Assembly: GCA_001599295.1 (NCBI GenBank)
Contig: BCGN01000004.1
Span: 314,138-378,137 of the forward strand
Direction of reading: 5' to 3'
DNA: 64,000 nt
Origin: Sporopachydermia quercuum
Lineage: Eukaryota
Positions 1 through 10,443 of the stretch are shown piece after piece. The position numbers and the translations under genes are program-made. The notes below the pieces were generated by a model. The model did not search any database. It was not told the DNA's origin and was given only the letters and a program-made list of their open reading frames with translations. Each line of letters starts with the position of its first letter. Positions within the stretch are counted from its first letter, which is position 1.

Positions 1-97
1 TTTGGTTTACAGCTCTAGCTGTGATAGTATGACGAAGGTATATTTGCAAATCTTTATTTATCGCTACAGCTTCCAATCTCTTGCTCAATAAACTCAT
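1..97 (-). CDS. Possible 5' end of a gene running off the left edge (MSLLSKRLEAVAINKDLQIYLRHTITARAVNQ...)
   Basis: ATG at 97-95 and an open frame to position 1 (32 codons). Faint resemblance to fungal Rtt109 N-termini, too short to assign. Confidence 0.35.
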   Translation of the reverse strand, partial: MSLLSKRLEAVAINKDLQIYLRHTITARAVNQ

Positions 98-494
98 GGA
101 TAACCTTTTTGTGCTCTTTTATTTTTTCTTGTCAATTATGTAAGAGTGCTCAATATCAGAGGTGATAAAATTCCCACTACAAACAGTATAACCCCCTTTT
201 TTGTTTCTTCCTTTTTCTAACTGAATGGCAAGAATAGTCTTGATACAAACTAGTATTCAATTCTTTTTATTACGGGATGATGATCTCTACTTACTTTATA
301 AAAATTAGAGTTATATAGTCACAAAAAGAAAATGATTGCTGAATATAATCTTCGTCCCGTGGGACTTATCCTTGAACAGTTCAACAAAGAAAGTGTTAGT
401 TAGAGCGTCTCTTCTTTCTCATTTTGCGGCATTATCTTAAGGTGATCACTGTTGTCTCTTGTGATTAATTTAGTTCACCAGTCAGAGGGATCAA

Positions 495-1994
495 TCATGA
501 ACTGGCTCTGGGTGACCTATGAAAGAGCTTTTTAACGGCCAAAGAAAAGTACCTTATTGATTCTGAAATTCCCTTCAAATTTCTTACTACCCCTTCATTT
601 TCGTTTAGCCTGCGTAATAAATATTCCCTTGTCTCCTCAACTGGTCCCCAGGGAACATATTTTATAACCATTTCACCTTTATTACTCAAGTCCATACCTA
701 TTTCATCGGCCATCCCCATTAATTGGGCAAAAACAACTTGCGAATCCAAACATGATCCCTTTCTTAGAGTTCTTCTATAATTCATCTGGTCAAGAGCGCG
801 TTTAATAGATTGCTTGTTGTGGCCTGCAATAACCAAGTGGCCCATTTCTCTGTTGGCTATTGCTTTCAAAGAAAGCTCGATAGCAGTATCATAATTATTG
901 TCTGTATCTGCCTTGGTCTTGTGTATGACTGTATCTCTGAAGGGTTCACTATCAATATATGCTCCACGAACTAACTTATACCCTACCCAGTATCTATTTT
1001 TACTAGTTATCGATTCCTGTATATCTTTGTTCAATCGTGATAAAGAATCTGTTAGATACATTTGAATTGTTCCGATCACATTTAACTTTTCGGGGCCTTC
1101 AGTATTGAATAACCTCATCATCTCTGTTTGGACGGCGTATACTCCATCCTGCAAGTCTCTCTTTTCTGCATCAAAACATATTATTATTCTTTGATGTGGA
1201 TTGTTTTCATTTATGAGCTTAACTTTCGAGCATATACTCCTGCAGACGTCTAGATAGTTTCTCCATTGCTTTTGATAGTCATCACGCTGATAATTCTTCA
1301 AAATTTCAGCAGCATTTGGAACTAATCCTGTAGGTTTCAAAGCAACGTAACTTGGAGGTTTACTTATTGAGGCGTTGTTATTATTGTGTTGCAAGCAGAT
1401 CCTTTCAATGGAATCTATAATGGTCCGAACACAATCAGCTTGTTCTATAGAACTGGTAGTTTTATTTGACCCTTCAGCATCCTCCACAGTGTAAGATATC
1501 ATCATATTTCTAAATCCTAAATTAAAAAGAAATCTGCCTTTTGTCAACACTTCACCATACGTTTCGCCTCCACAGTAAATTGGGTATACAATCCCTTTTA
1601 TGAGCCAGGCTGGTGACCGTTTCAATAAAATGATTGCTAATTTCAATAATGTCTTGGAGCTAGTAATTAAGCTCATTAAACTAAGGAGGAATAAATGCTC
1701 CTTCGTAAGTTGAGATAGATACTTTGCTCCAAATTCTGTACTTTCAGTATGAGACAAGAATGCATCTTCCTTTTGTTTCGATTGTCCTGGAAATTGTTCT
1801 TCACTTCGTGCATCTAGATGACTTTTGATGATAGAACGAGGACTAAAAGAGCTCCCAAGTGCTGGTAACGCATTATTTGATTGATGCAAAAAAGAGTTCT
1901 TATGTGAAACCATCACAAATCTAACTGGGGGTTGGCGTACGCGAATTGCATTTCCCGGTAGGTTGAATGGTCGAACTTGTCTGAGCCTATACAT
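495..1994 (-). CDS. PUT1: Proline dehydrogenase (proline oxidase), mitochondrial
   Basis: Motifs ALKPTGL, FDAE, GTIQMYL, KLVRGAY, AGHN, FAQLMGMAD, KYVPWGP, YLLRRLNEN. The ORF-track start at 2099 is TTG; the first ATG is at 1994 and is followed by an Arg-rich, presequence-like N-terminus. Confidence 0.93.
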   Translation of the reverse strand: MYRLRQVRPFNLPGNAIRVRQPPVRFVMVSHKNSFLHQSNNALPALGSSFSPRSIIKSHLDARSEEQFPGQSKQKEDAFLSHTESTEFGAKYLSQLTKEHLFLLSLMSLITSSKTLLKLAIILLKRSPAWLIKGIVYPIYCGGETYGEVLTKGRFLFNLGFRNMMISYTVEDAEGSNKTTSSIEQADCVRTIIDSIERICLQHNNNNASISKPPSYVALKPTGLVPNAAEILKNYQRDDYQKQWRNYLDVCRSICSKVKLINENNPHQRIIICFDAEKRDLQDGVYAVQTEMMRLFNTEGPEKLNVIGTIQMYLTDSLSRLNKDIQESITSKNRYWVGYKLVRGAYIDSEPFRDTVIHKTKADTDNNYDTAIELSLKAIANREMGHLVIAGHNKQSIKRALDQMNYRRTLRKGSCLDSQVVFAQLMGMADEIGMDLSNKGEMVIKYVPWGPVEETREYLLRRLNENEGVVRNLKGISESIRYFSLAVKKLFHRSPRASS

Positions 1995-4162
1995 TGAAAT
2001 GAGAAGAATGGAGCTGCACCCAGTACTAAAATCAGAGCGTCTTGAGAGAAAGTAAATATTCTCTAGAGACAATACAATAAATTGTCCAACCAGTTTCAAT
2101 TATTTATATTGATTAGTGTGATCCTGATCTATTTGATACGTCGTATGATAATCCCAATGGCAAGATGAGATAGAGGAAATGTTACGTTTATTTATACAAA
2201 GTCATTCAGCTCCAGAACACAGATAAGCTAGAAGGTTAAAGTTAGGCTTTCTTGAATTTGTATACTTTTGCAACTTTATTTACAGAACAGGTTATCTATT
2301 GTTTCTAGGGAATAACTACACAAAAAGGAAAAGTATAAAAGGCAGCAGCAATTATAATTCAATGTATGATTGAAATATAACTCCGGAAGGTAATAAACGA
2401 CTTACTTGTCGGTTTATATTATAAGTTTCATGCACTAACGGGGGAGGTTGTGAGAGATAACCCATCGTTTCATTCATCACGTCAATCATGTCAATAAGAG
2501 CAACAACAAACCCTTGTTTTATGTTGGGGAGCGACAAAGATATGATTAAGACATAAATAATAATAGTGTTTGTCTTTCTTCTCAAATAATAAAATTAAAT
2601 GCTCATAATCTAGCCAATTGTTCGAGTTTTGCGTTTTTCTTCATTCTAATGGCAATTCTCACCATGAGGTTTAATCTGACCATGAAATTAAGTTTATTTT
2701 AAAGTCTTTATTGCACCTAATGACAGGCAAAACCGAAACTCTATTTTCTACTCTTCGAGTCAATGAACCACTGAGAGTTCAATTCTTCAAAGAGAGGATT
2801 AGGATAAGTAAACTATATAGTCTACTATCAAGGTCAATAAGAAATCGTCTGAAACAATATTAATCAATAAGTACCATCTAACAAAGCCAGAATAGCTTTG
2901 GATCACCAAAGCTGTTTCGTTTCTGCCGCCTTAAATATATTGAATAGCTATCTAAGCTTGTTTGAAATAGTTTACTTTGATTACGCAACAGACCCGTCAG
3001 AAGTTCAATAGACAAATCAAATCTGATAGTCATACGATCGTAAAATGGTTATTATAAATAAATAAGCTATATTCTTATCGAACAAATTCCATTGATAAAT
3101 GTAGGGCTTTCATCATAGACGTCAAAGACATCTCGCAAGATCATATCATAAGCATGATGAGGATAACATAAATTACTCCTTTTGGGATTAAGGTTATGGC
3201 ACTAAATTTATGTTCCTCTAAGTGAAAGAGATTGCGACTCTATCTCTATCACTTCGATGAAGCGAAGATAATGGAAGACAAGATACAGGCTGAAGAATAA
3301 ATGGTACTTCGCGATATTTGAAAATAAATAAAAATGCAAAATAAATAATAGGAAAGTCGAAAGAACTACGCAGTATGGGAGCAGTCTTGTTATCTATAAT
3401 TGTTACTTGAATTGAAGATTGTTTTGGATAGAGATCGTCAGTGTCCATACTAGAGCATGCAAAAACAGAGATTATTGAATGTGGTAGTTATTTACTTGAT
3501 CTATAATACGGTAAATAACTGAGTTACTTATATGACTAGTAGGTCTTTGATTTTATTGAAATGTTTAGCTATAAAAGTGTCTGCCAATCGTTATAGCTGT
3601 TGAATGTATGCTCCCGGGATGGAGTGGAGTGTTAGAAGTAAGAAGGTCCAAGTTGGTAGTAGTATGGGACAAATTATGCCAGGTATAAGGATAGGCTCTA
3701 GCCTCAATAACTTTCATGATTTAGTTTAACATTCCGTCGATAAGATTATTTTGCGAACTTTGATAAATTTTATACACTTCTATTGCTGAAGGAAATCAAC
3801 ATCTAGATAATAGTGTCAGAATACTTGAGAGATATACCCAGAAAGCTTCAAATTAACCCAAACCTCTGGTCTCCTTTGGAAATAAGGGTTTGGAGAATTA
3901 CTAAAAGTTTGTTTTCCCTGCTATGACTTCCACAATTGCTCTATAGACTTCATGAAAGATTCTACATCTAAAAAGGTCAACAGATATAAGCTTCTATCAA
4001 GTGATGAATCAAGATCTACTCCTTTTGCAAACTTATAATGAACAGGTAACAATGAACAGATACCCACGAAATTGATCGATCATGTTTTGGATTATAGCAT
4101 AAATTAGTTATGTACAGGAGGTGCAAGGTTTATTGCCGTGTTACCAATCAGCCACAAAAGTC

Positions 4163-4700
4163 TTACTTTTTACTATCTGATTTCGTCTCATTGTCACGAG
4201 GAACTCCGCCTTTATCAAATGGAGCATCGTTCTCTGCCTCATCCAACATTTTTACAATACCTTTCTTCACGAGAGCAGCCTGAAGTCAAAAAAAAAAAAA
4301 AAAAAAAAAAAAATGTTAGTTGAAGATTTACCCTATTTCCCTGATTTTCACCGGAAGGATTCACAATTTCTAGTCATCCTTTCAACCTATGTTCCTCATT
4401 TAACATACTTTGAAGCACTCCTGATAAGCGATCCATTCACTTTCACATTCATTATTGAGCTGTAGAATATTAGTATTCGTTTTCAAGATTGCATACTGAT
4501 TCATAACACGTACCCCCTGCGATTTCAAAAACTCTATAGCAATGTGTTAGAATGATGTATACGATATATGTAAAAAATTATAGACCAGATAACAATCCAA
4601 TTTACTTACTTTCAGTGTACCAGTGGTTGAAGCAATCATCATAGACCTTCTTGGCCTCAGTACACTCAGGTGCCAGACTCGATGACATTGAATTTCCCAT
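4163..4700 (-). CDS. MDM35: Mdm35/TRIAP1 twin-CX9C mitochondrial intermembrane-space protein, 4 exons, 92 aa (absent from ORF track)
   Basis: Exons 4700-4610, 4533-4514, 4459-4409, 4279-4163, with GTAAGT/GTACGT/GTATGT donors, CTAAC/CTAAT branch sites and YAG acceptors. Spliced product MGNSMSSSLAPECTEAKKVYDDCFNHWYTEKFLKSQGLNNECESEWIAYQECFKAALVKKGIVKMLDEAENDAPF... follows the Mdm35 pattern. Confidence 0.93.
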
Positions 4701-5183
4701 ATATAACAAATAGTTCCTTCTTATCACAGTTGAGAATAAATTAGCTCAAAGCTCAAAATTCTTCAACAAAGGTTACCCCAATTCACACTCTCTTTAGGAA
4801 AGTTGAGTGTTTTAACTCGGTAATGGCGTATGTGGTTTTTCGGTGACAAACTATTCGATTCGAGAGTGTGTCTTTTTGATACTATGATAATCAAATTAGC
4901 TGGTGTTTGGTGTTACTAATATTTTTGTTTTTAATTTATGACGTAATCGATAATTTGTCTCATTTTAACAGGGTTTAGTAAAGGAGAACACGTAAATAAG
5001 TTTCAAAATGAATCTCATCAATATAAGGCTTGTTCGATCAGAGGATAGTGTTAGGTCAAAGTAGCACAAGTCTTCCCTGCCATACTGATCGTCAAGCAAA
5101 AAAATCAAGTACTTGACTAACCTAGTACTATATAATCTGGGATTCCTCATACTTTGAAGGTAAATATAAATAAACTCATTGCA

Positions 5184-5960
5184 ATGATTGAGAATAGTAT
5201 TATTGTTCCTGCTTATCACGAAAAGCTCAATATCCGACCATTGACTACGCGCTTATTTGCTGCCCTTGGAAATGGTCAAACCAAGGTTACAGAACTGATC
5301 TTTGTTGACGATAATTCGAACGATGGGTCTGTAGAAGAAGTTGAAAAGCTTCAAAAAGAAGGATATAATGTTAAGATTATTGTGAGAACAAAGGAAAGAG
5401 GTCTCAGCTCAGCTGTTTTGCACGGGTTCAGAAGTGCTGAAGGAGATTACTTGGTTTGTATGGATGCTGATTTGCAACATCCACCTGAAAGTGTTCCTGA
5501 TATGTTGAAGGCTTTACGAACCCACCCATTTGCTCTTGGAACGCGTTATGCTCCAGGTGTGGAAATGGACAAGGATTGGCCTGTATATAGAAGAGTGATA
5601 TCAACAGGTGCCCGTTTACTTGCTAAACCATTAACACCAGCTTCTGATCCAATGAGTGGATTTTTTGGACTCCAAAAGAAATATTTGGAAAAAGCCAACG
5701 ATATTAACGCTCAAGGTTTCAAAATTGCATTAGATTTGCTTGTCAAACTTCCACTGCCAAAAACAAATGCAATCGGTGAAGTTCCTTTTTCTTTCGGAGT
5801 TAGAACTGAAGGAGAATCAAAACTATCTGGTAAGGTTATGATTCAATATCTTGAACAACTGAAAGAGTTATATGTCTTTAAGTTTGGTATTCTTCCAATT
5901 GTTCTATTTATCGTTGCATTCTTGGTTATTGTTTCTTTTTTGTTGGCCTCCGTCATATAA
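5184..5960 (+). CDS. DPM1: Dolichol-phosphate mannosyltransferase (GT2) with C-terminal membrane anchor
   Basis: IIVPAYHE, VDDNSNDGS, RGLSSAV, MDADLQHPPE, SDPMSGFF, GFKIAL, GESKL and a hydrophobic C-tail. First ATG at 5184 (the track start is TTG). Confidence 0.95.
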   Translation: MIENSIIVPAYHEKLNIRPLTTRLFAALGNGQTKVTELIFVDDNSNDGSVEEVEKLQKEGYNVKIIVRTKERGLSSAVLHGFRSAEGDYLVCMDADLQHPPESVPDMLKALRTHPFALGTRYAPGVEMDKDWPVYRRVISTGARLLAKPLTPASDPMSGFFGLQKKYLEKANDINAQGFKIALDLLVKLPLPKTNAIGEVPFSFGVRTEGESKLSGKVMIQYLEQLKELYVFKFGILPIVLFIVAFLVIVSFLLASVI

Positions 5961-6732
5961 GCATGATTCAATCAAATAGGGTCAGTGTTTAAGTTATAAT
6001 AGGTTATGCTTTTTGCTTGGCTTTTTTTGTTCGTTTTTTTGAATGTATCTTCAATATTTTAACTCGTTTTTAAGCCATCTGCGTCTTGTATAACTGATCA
6101 AATCTCAACCTGCAAACCCGAAAGCGTAATTACACTATCTATGTAACCAAGACAGATATTTAGTGAGTACAATGTGACTTTTTTTTTTAAATCCTAAAGC
6201 ATAAGTAACTTGGACATTCGCAATTCTGTGATACATACGGTTACTTCTGACTGTATAAGTAGAAGACTATCAAGTCCTGACTACTTGTTCCATGGCTAAG
6301 TTTAGGCGCTAACATCTTAAAACTATTGATTACATGTGCACCCATACAACAATACATAACACACTTATTCAAGAATATTGTTAGGAATTAAAGTCTATAT
6401 ATAACGATCATTACATTCTCAATTATTCTGGATTATGAATGCTGAATACAGCAATGGATACAAAGCTCCCATTACACATTAATTGGCTGGTGTTACTGCA
6501 GAGAGCCATTTGAACCATTACTGCTTGATAGTGGTCTTGAAATTTTCTTTTATTTCCTTCAAACTGCGTTATCTACTATTAGTCCTGCTGAATCATTCAG
6601 TATGGGTTATGGAGTGAAACTGTTTTGCACGAGTCTGGCATTTCCCATCTAATAAAAGCTCTGACAAAAGATTGGGTTCCTCGATATATTACTTGCTTTC
6701 TAAGTTAACCCATATTCATGAGTGCCGGTACC

Positions 6733-8031
6733 CTACCCGACAGGATCTGTTTCATCGACAATAATCTCCTCCGGCTCTAACGCTTCTGGCTGATCAAGCC
6801 ACAAAAACCTAGCTTCGAAATATCGAGCAAGAAAAGCGAGAATAATTAATACAGGGATTTCAATCAATGGGCCAAAAGTGGCTGCTATGGCCTCTCTGCT
6901 ACCATTTCCATAGATAGCTATAGCAACAGCTAAACTCAACTCAAAATTGTTAGATGCTGCAGTGAATGTCTGTGTGACAATCTCACCATACGGGGCTGAG
7001 CAATACTTCTCAAGCCCATTAAATCTTCTTTTCCTGGAAGATTCTTCTTCAAATTTTGCACGGTTTTTTTCACAGCCACATTCTCTATAGTACGAGTCGC
7101 TTGATTCATCGTCTAACTGGATGAACCTCCTGCCATATAACCATCTCAACCCGAGAAAGGTTGCGAACCAGACCAAAACAAAATACAAAATCAGGGGGAC
7201 AAAACATCTGAAAGCTAAGCCTATTTCGTGTACGAATTCGTCACCTTTATCAATAAATAGAGCAATGATCGTGTACAACAATCCAATGAGTCCAAAGGGA
7301 GAGATTATTGGTATCAGTTTTTTGTTGTATACTCTCTTACCTAGTGTTTGAACCCCAACAAATCGAATCAAGAAACCTAGCACCATAGGAATACCTAAAA
7401 AGAATGCGATGGTCTGAGCCACGGTAGTATAAGCGTTTGAAGCACTGGTATAGTTATTTGACCCGTCGCTACCTCCCAAAATGTCACAGAACAAAATCTT
7501 ATATGGAGCAAATAAAACTAGCTGCAATATGCTGTTGATTATAACTAAAATAGAACATAGCTCTGGATCTCCTAATGCAATTTCATTCCAGATCAACACC
7601 ATAGCTATACATCTAGCAATCCCAATGAGAATTACTCCTACCCTATACTCGTCCAAGTCAAATAGGGTTAACCAGGCTAGGCCCAGCATGATGACGGGAC
7701 AAATGACCCAATTCAAAATCAAAGAGACCACAATTTTTTCTACTCTGTCTTTCCTCAGCAGCAAACTCTTGCTATGTTCCCATTCTACTTTACATAAAGG
7801 CGGGATCATCATCACAATCATTCCTATAGCTAGTGGTATTGAAACATTAATGACAACCGTCCCTTGGAAAGCTTCATGCGAGGATGGAACATAAACTGAA
7901 ATGATGATCCCAAAAGTAATAGCGCATATGATCCACAAGGGCAGAAGTTTATCCACCCAGGATAATCTGTGAAATACCTGTTTAATAGTACTGCTTTCGT
8001 TCATATTGGCTGTTGAAGTTTCTTCTATCAT
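6733..8031 (-). CDS. ARR3: Arsenite efflux transporter Acr3/Arr3
   Basis: Polytopic membrane protein with Acr3 motifs MMIPPLCKV, LNWVICP, GIARCIAMVLIW, TAASNNFELSLAVA, GPLIEIP. Confidence 0.95.
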   Translation of the reverse strand: MIEETSTANMNESSTIKQVFHRLSWVDKLLPLWIICAITFGIIISVYVPSSHEAFQGTVVINVSIPLAIGMIVMMIPPLCKVEWEHSKSLLLRKDRVEKIVVSLILNWVICPVIMLGLAWLTLFDLDEYRVGVILIGIARCIAMVLIWNEIALGDPELCSILVIINSILQLVLFAPYKILFCDILGGSDGSNNYTSASNAYTTVAQTIAFFLGIPMVLGFLIRFVGVQTLGKRVYNKKLIPIISPFGLIGLLYTIIALFIDKGDEFVHEIGLAFRCFVPLILYFVLVWFATFLGLRWLYGRRFIQLDDESSDSYYRECGCEKNRAKFEEESSRKRRFNGLEKYCSAPYGEIVTQTFTAASNNFELSLAVAIAIYGNGSREAIAATFGPLIEIPVLIILAFLARYFEARFLWLDQPEALEPEEIIVDETDPVG

Positions 8032-8396
8032 ATTGCCATTACTGTCTATTGTTCTCTGTAATCGTTCTGAGCTGTCCGAGCAAAACCAAATTATAGAACT
8101 AAGATCTCCTAAATCTCCTTCCTTACATAGTATACCAGATATATCGAATTTGAATCCTACAGCTGTATCATACTATAGCAGAAAAAAAGTTGTTGAAAGA
8201 GAATGATATTTCATAAACTTTCAGATAGAGTAGATGTTTTACCCTGTTTTATATGCAGGCACGCCAACCTAATTATATTATATTATTCTACTAACTGACA
8301 CAGACAGCACTGATGCCACTTAATCCAGTAAATGCATACTTGAAGATACTTCTTAATGGTTAAGAAAGAGCTCAGAATCCTCAGTATCAGAGCCAT

Positions 8397-8410
8397 TGAT
8401 TACGTAATCA
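8397..8410. promoter_or_regulatory. Perfect palindrome TGATTACGTAATCA, a Yap-family bZIP (Yap8/Arr1-like) element upstream of ACR3
   Basis: 14-bp perfect palindrome about 365 nt upstream of the ACR3 ATG. It has a TTACGTAA core and the TGATTA..TAATCA flanks of the S. cerevisiae Yap8 site TGATTAATAATCA. Confidence 0.65.
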
Positions 8411-8602
8411 TCAATTGTCTACTCTATTATTTTTCTTCTTCTTCAGCCAGACATTAAAAAAAGAAGTTACCGAAGGAAAAAGGCATTGTAGTGTGTTACC
8501 ACTGTTTTGATGAATTTATTTATATGTCTCCGATACCCCTTTTTGATTAGCATTCACTTCATTTAAACCTTCCATCGATACACCTAAGCAGTTAGTATTC
8601 GG

Positions 8603-9049
8603 ATGACTATTCCATTCCATACTGTTTTGCAAAGTGCGTTTAACCTGTTTCAAAATTCTATTTGGCAAGATTCTGAACTTTTTTGCTCGAAAGGACTACA
8701 TGCTGTTCGATTTAAAATGAATATTGAAGGAGAAGCCAAAGACATCGTTCTGAAACGGCTGATGACGCCGCTGAAGTTCGTTTCTGCTAAAACTCCAGAA
8801 GCTGAGTATCTGAAACCATCATCCTATACTATAGTTAAGCCTGACAATGACAATAACGATACAGGTACAAATCATGAACTAAACATGGTTGCAGAGGTTG
8901 ACTCAAAGCCCCTAGAAAAAAAAAAGAAAAAAATTCCGGCTACGAAAAGTAAAAGCGTCAATTTGGCTGATATTATCAGCTCCTATAGTAACGGTACGAA
9001 AACTAATAGGCAGAAAGAGAAAAAAGCTAAAAATACTCCAGGCAAGTAA
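8603..9049 (+). CDS. Hypothetical protein, 148 aa, with Lys-rich basic C-terminus
   Basis: ATG-initiated ORF filling the gap between ACR3 (divergent) and RTT103 (convergent); no family recognised. Confidence 0.55.
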   Translation: MTIPFHTVLQSAFNLFQNSIWQDSELFCSKGLHAVRFKMNIEGEAKDIVLKRLMTPLKFVSAKTPEAEYLKPSSYTIVKPDNDNNDTGTNHELNMVAEVDSKPLEKKKKKIPATKSKSVNLADIISSYSNGTKTNRQKEKKAKNTPGK

Positions 9050-9141
9050 AAGCGTTTTAAGAATCGTATATTATAATCACGCTATATCTATGAAGACCAT
9101 TTACACCATATATTAATGAGTCTTTGAGTGGATTTCACTTC

Positions 9142-10443
9142 TCAATTCTTGGCTAAATCGCTTAAAAATTTAGCAACCTTAGAGTCTAATTGGGAAGTTG
9201 GGTTTAATATTGGTTGACTGATTGGTTGCCGTGCCATAATATCCACTGACTTAAGTATGTCTTGAGCATTCATGTTATTTTGTATTGATTCCTCTTTCTC
9301 TGACACAGGGAACGTAGAAGGGATATACTCTTCTTCTTCTTCTTCTTCTTCTTCTGATTCTTGATTCGTCTCGTTCTTCCCTGAGGAAGTTAATGGTTGA
9401 GCGGTATCACCTTTGACTGAATTCTTATCAGATAGCTTCACTCTCTTTGATGATTGTTGATTTTCATCATCTGAGTTTTCGTCATCTGATCCTGGAGCAT
9501 ATGTTGGAAGCTCATCATCATCATCATCATCCAAAGGTTGAAATTGTACATTGTTCTCGGGCTTCAAACTTGATGCTTTTTCAGTTTCTTTTAAATCGCT
9601 GGAAACGTCTTCTCTTTCTTCTTCCTTTATCATCTCTATCAATTCTTGACAAGTTTCATCTGCCTCCATTTGTGCATCATTGATAACTAGCATGAACTTG
9701 TTCTTATCTGACTCTAGTTCTTTGAGATCTCGTTTGACTTGTTCTGTTAACTTCTGTAGTTCATCAAGAACAACTTTATGCTTTCTTATTAGTAGCTTTA
9801 GATTCTCACGAGGCGGAACTACAAGAAGTTTGATCTTCTCCATTTTCTTCAAGTATTCCTTAGGTCCTGGTATAGCAATCTCATTCTCTTTGTTTATTTT
9901 GGCTCTTTCATCTTTCAGCAACTGGACATTTGATTCCAGTAGCTTGTCTATATTGCTTATGTCGGAAAATATAGAGATAAGTTCTTTCACCTCTGGCAAA
10001 ACTTCAGGCACAATAATTGATGTACTATTTGCTTCCTTCCTATTCAATTTCTCCTCAATTGCTTTCTGGATTGCATTCAGTATTTGAGATGGGATGATTT
10101 TTCGTTGTCTCCAAACGTCTATGACTCTCGTTATTCTTGGTCTTCTTTCTTTGGGAGCTCGAACGAATGAATTGGAAAGAGCCTCGGGGACAATCTCAGT
10201 AAACGCGACTGTTAAATCTGTCTTGTTCCTTGCTTTACATTGCTGTAGTATCTCATTGACCAGATATACCAATGCAACCTGGTTATCTGGGGGAGCATTG
10301 CTAACAAATTCATTCCAGCATCTAGCTATCCTGGTGGCATATCTGTGATTGAATAAAACCCAGCCTCCAATCCTCACTATGGACTCTTGGGTTTCATCTA
10401 AACTTTGTAGTTTTTCTATAAAACTAGATTCCTTGAATGACAT
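9142..10443 (-). CDS. RTT103: RNA Pol II CTD-interacting (CID/RPR domain) termination factor
   Basis: N-terminal CID (KLQSLDETQESI, WVLFNHRYA, VYLVNEILQQ, RVIDVWRQR), then a coiled coil and an acidic tail. Confidence 0.88.
   Translation of the reverse strand: MSFKESSFIEKLQSLDETQESIVRIGGWVLFNHRYATRIARCWNEFVSNAPPDNQVALVYLVNEILQQCKARNKTDLTVAFTEIVPEALSNSFVRAPKERRPRITRVIDVWRQRKIIPSQILNAIQKAIEEKLNRKEANSTSIIVPEVLPEVKELISIFSDISNIDKLLESNVQLLKDERAKINKENEIAIPGPKEYLKKMEKIKLLVVPPRENLKLLIRKHKVVLDELQKLTEQVKRDLKELESDKNKFMLVINDAQMEADETCQELIEMIKEEEREDVSSDLKETEKASSLKPENNVQFQPLDDDDDDELPTYAPGSDDENSDDENQQSSKRVKLSDKNSVKGDTAQPLTSSGKNETNQESEEEEEEEEEYIPSTFPVSEKEESIQNNMNAQDILKSVDIMARQPISQPILNPTSQLDSKVAKFLSDLAKN

Noticed and set aside
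2060..2585. ORF 2352-2585 as an upstream coding exon of PUT1 (GTAAGT at 2405)
   Set aside because: The nearest YAG acceptor (ending 2063) is out of frame with PUT1, and an extension would mask the presequence. At most a leader intron or uORF, unsupported.
3154..3293. Box C/D snoRNA candidate (ATGATGA...CTGA) overlapping an imperfect AT-rich inverted repeat at 3159-3218
   Set aside because: No convincing rRNA-complementary guide or terminal stem; such boxes are common in AT-rich DNA.
4138..4323. 61-aa plus-strand ORF ending in poly-Lys
   Set aside because: Antisense to MDM35 exon 4; the poly-Lys is the intronic poly(T) tract read backwards.
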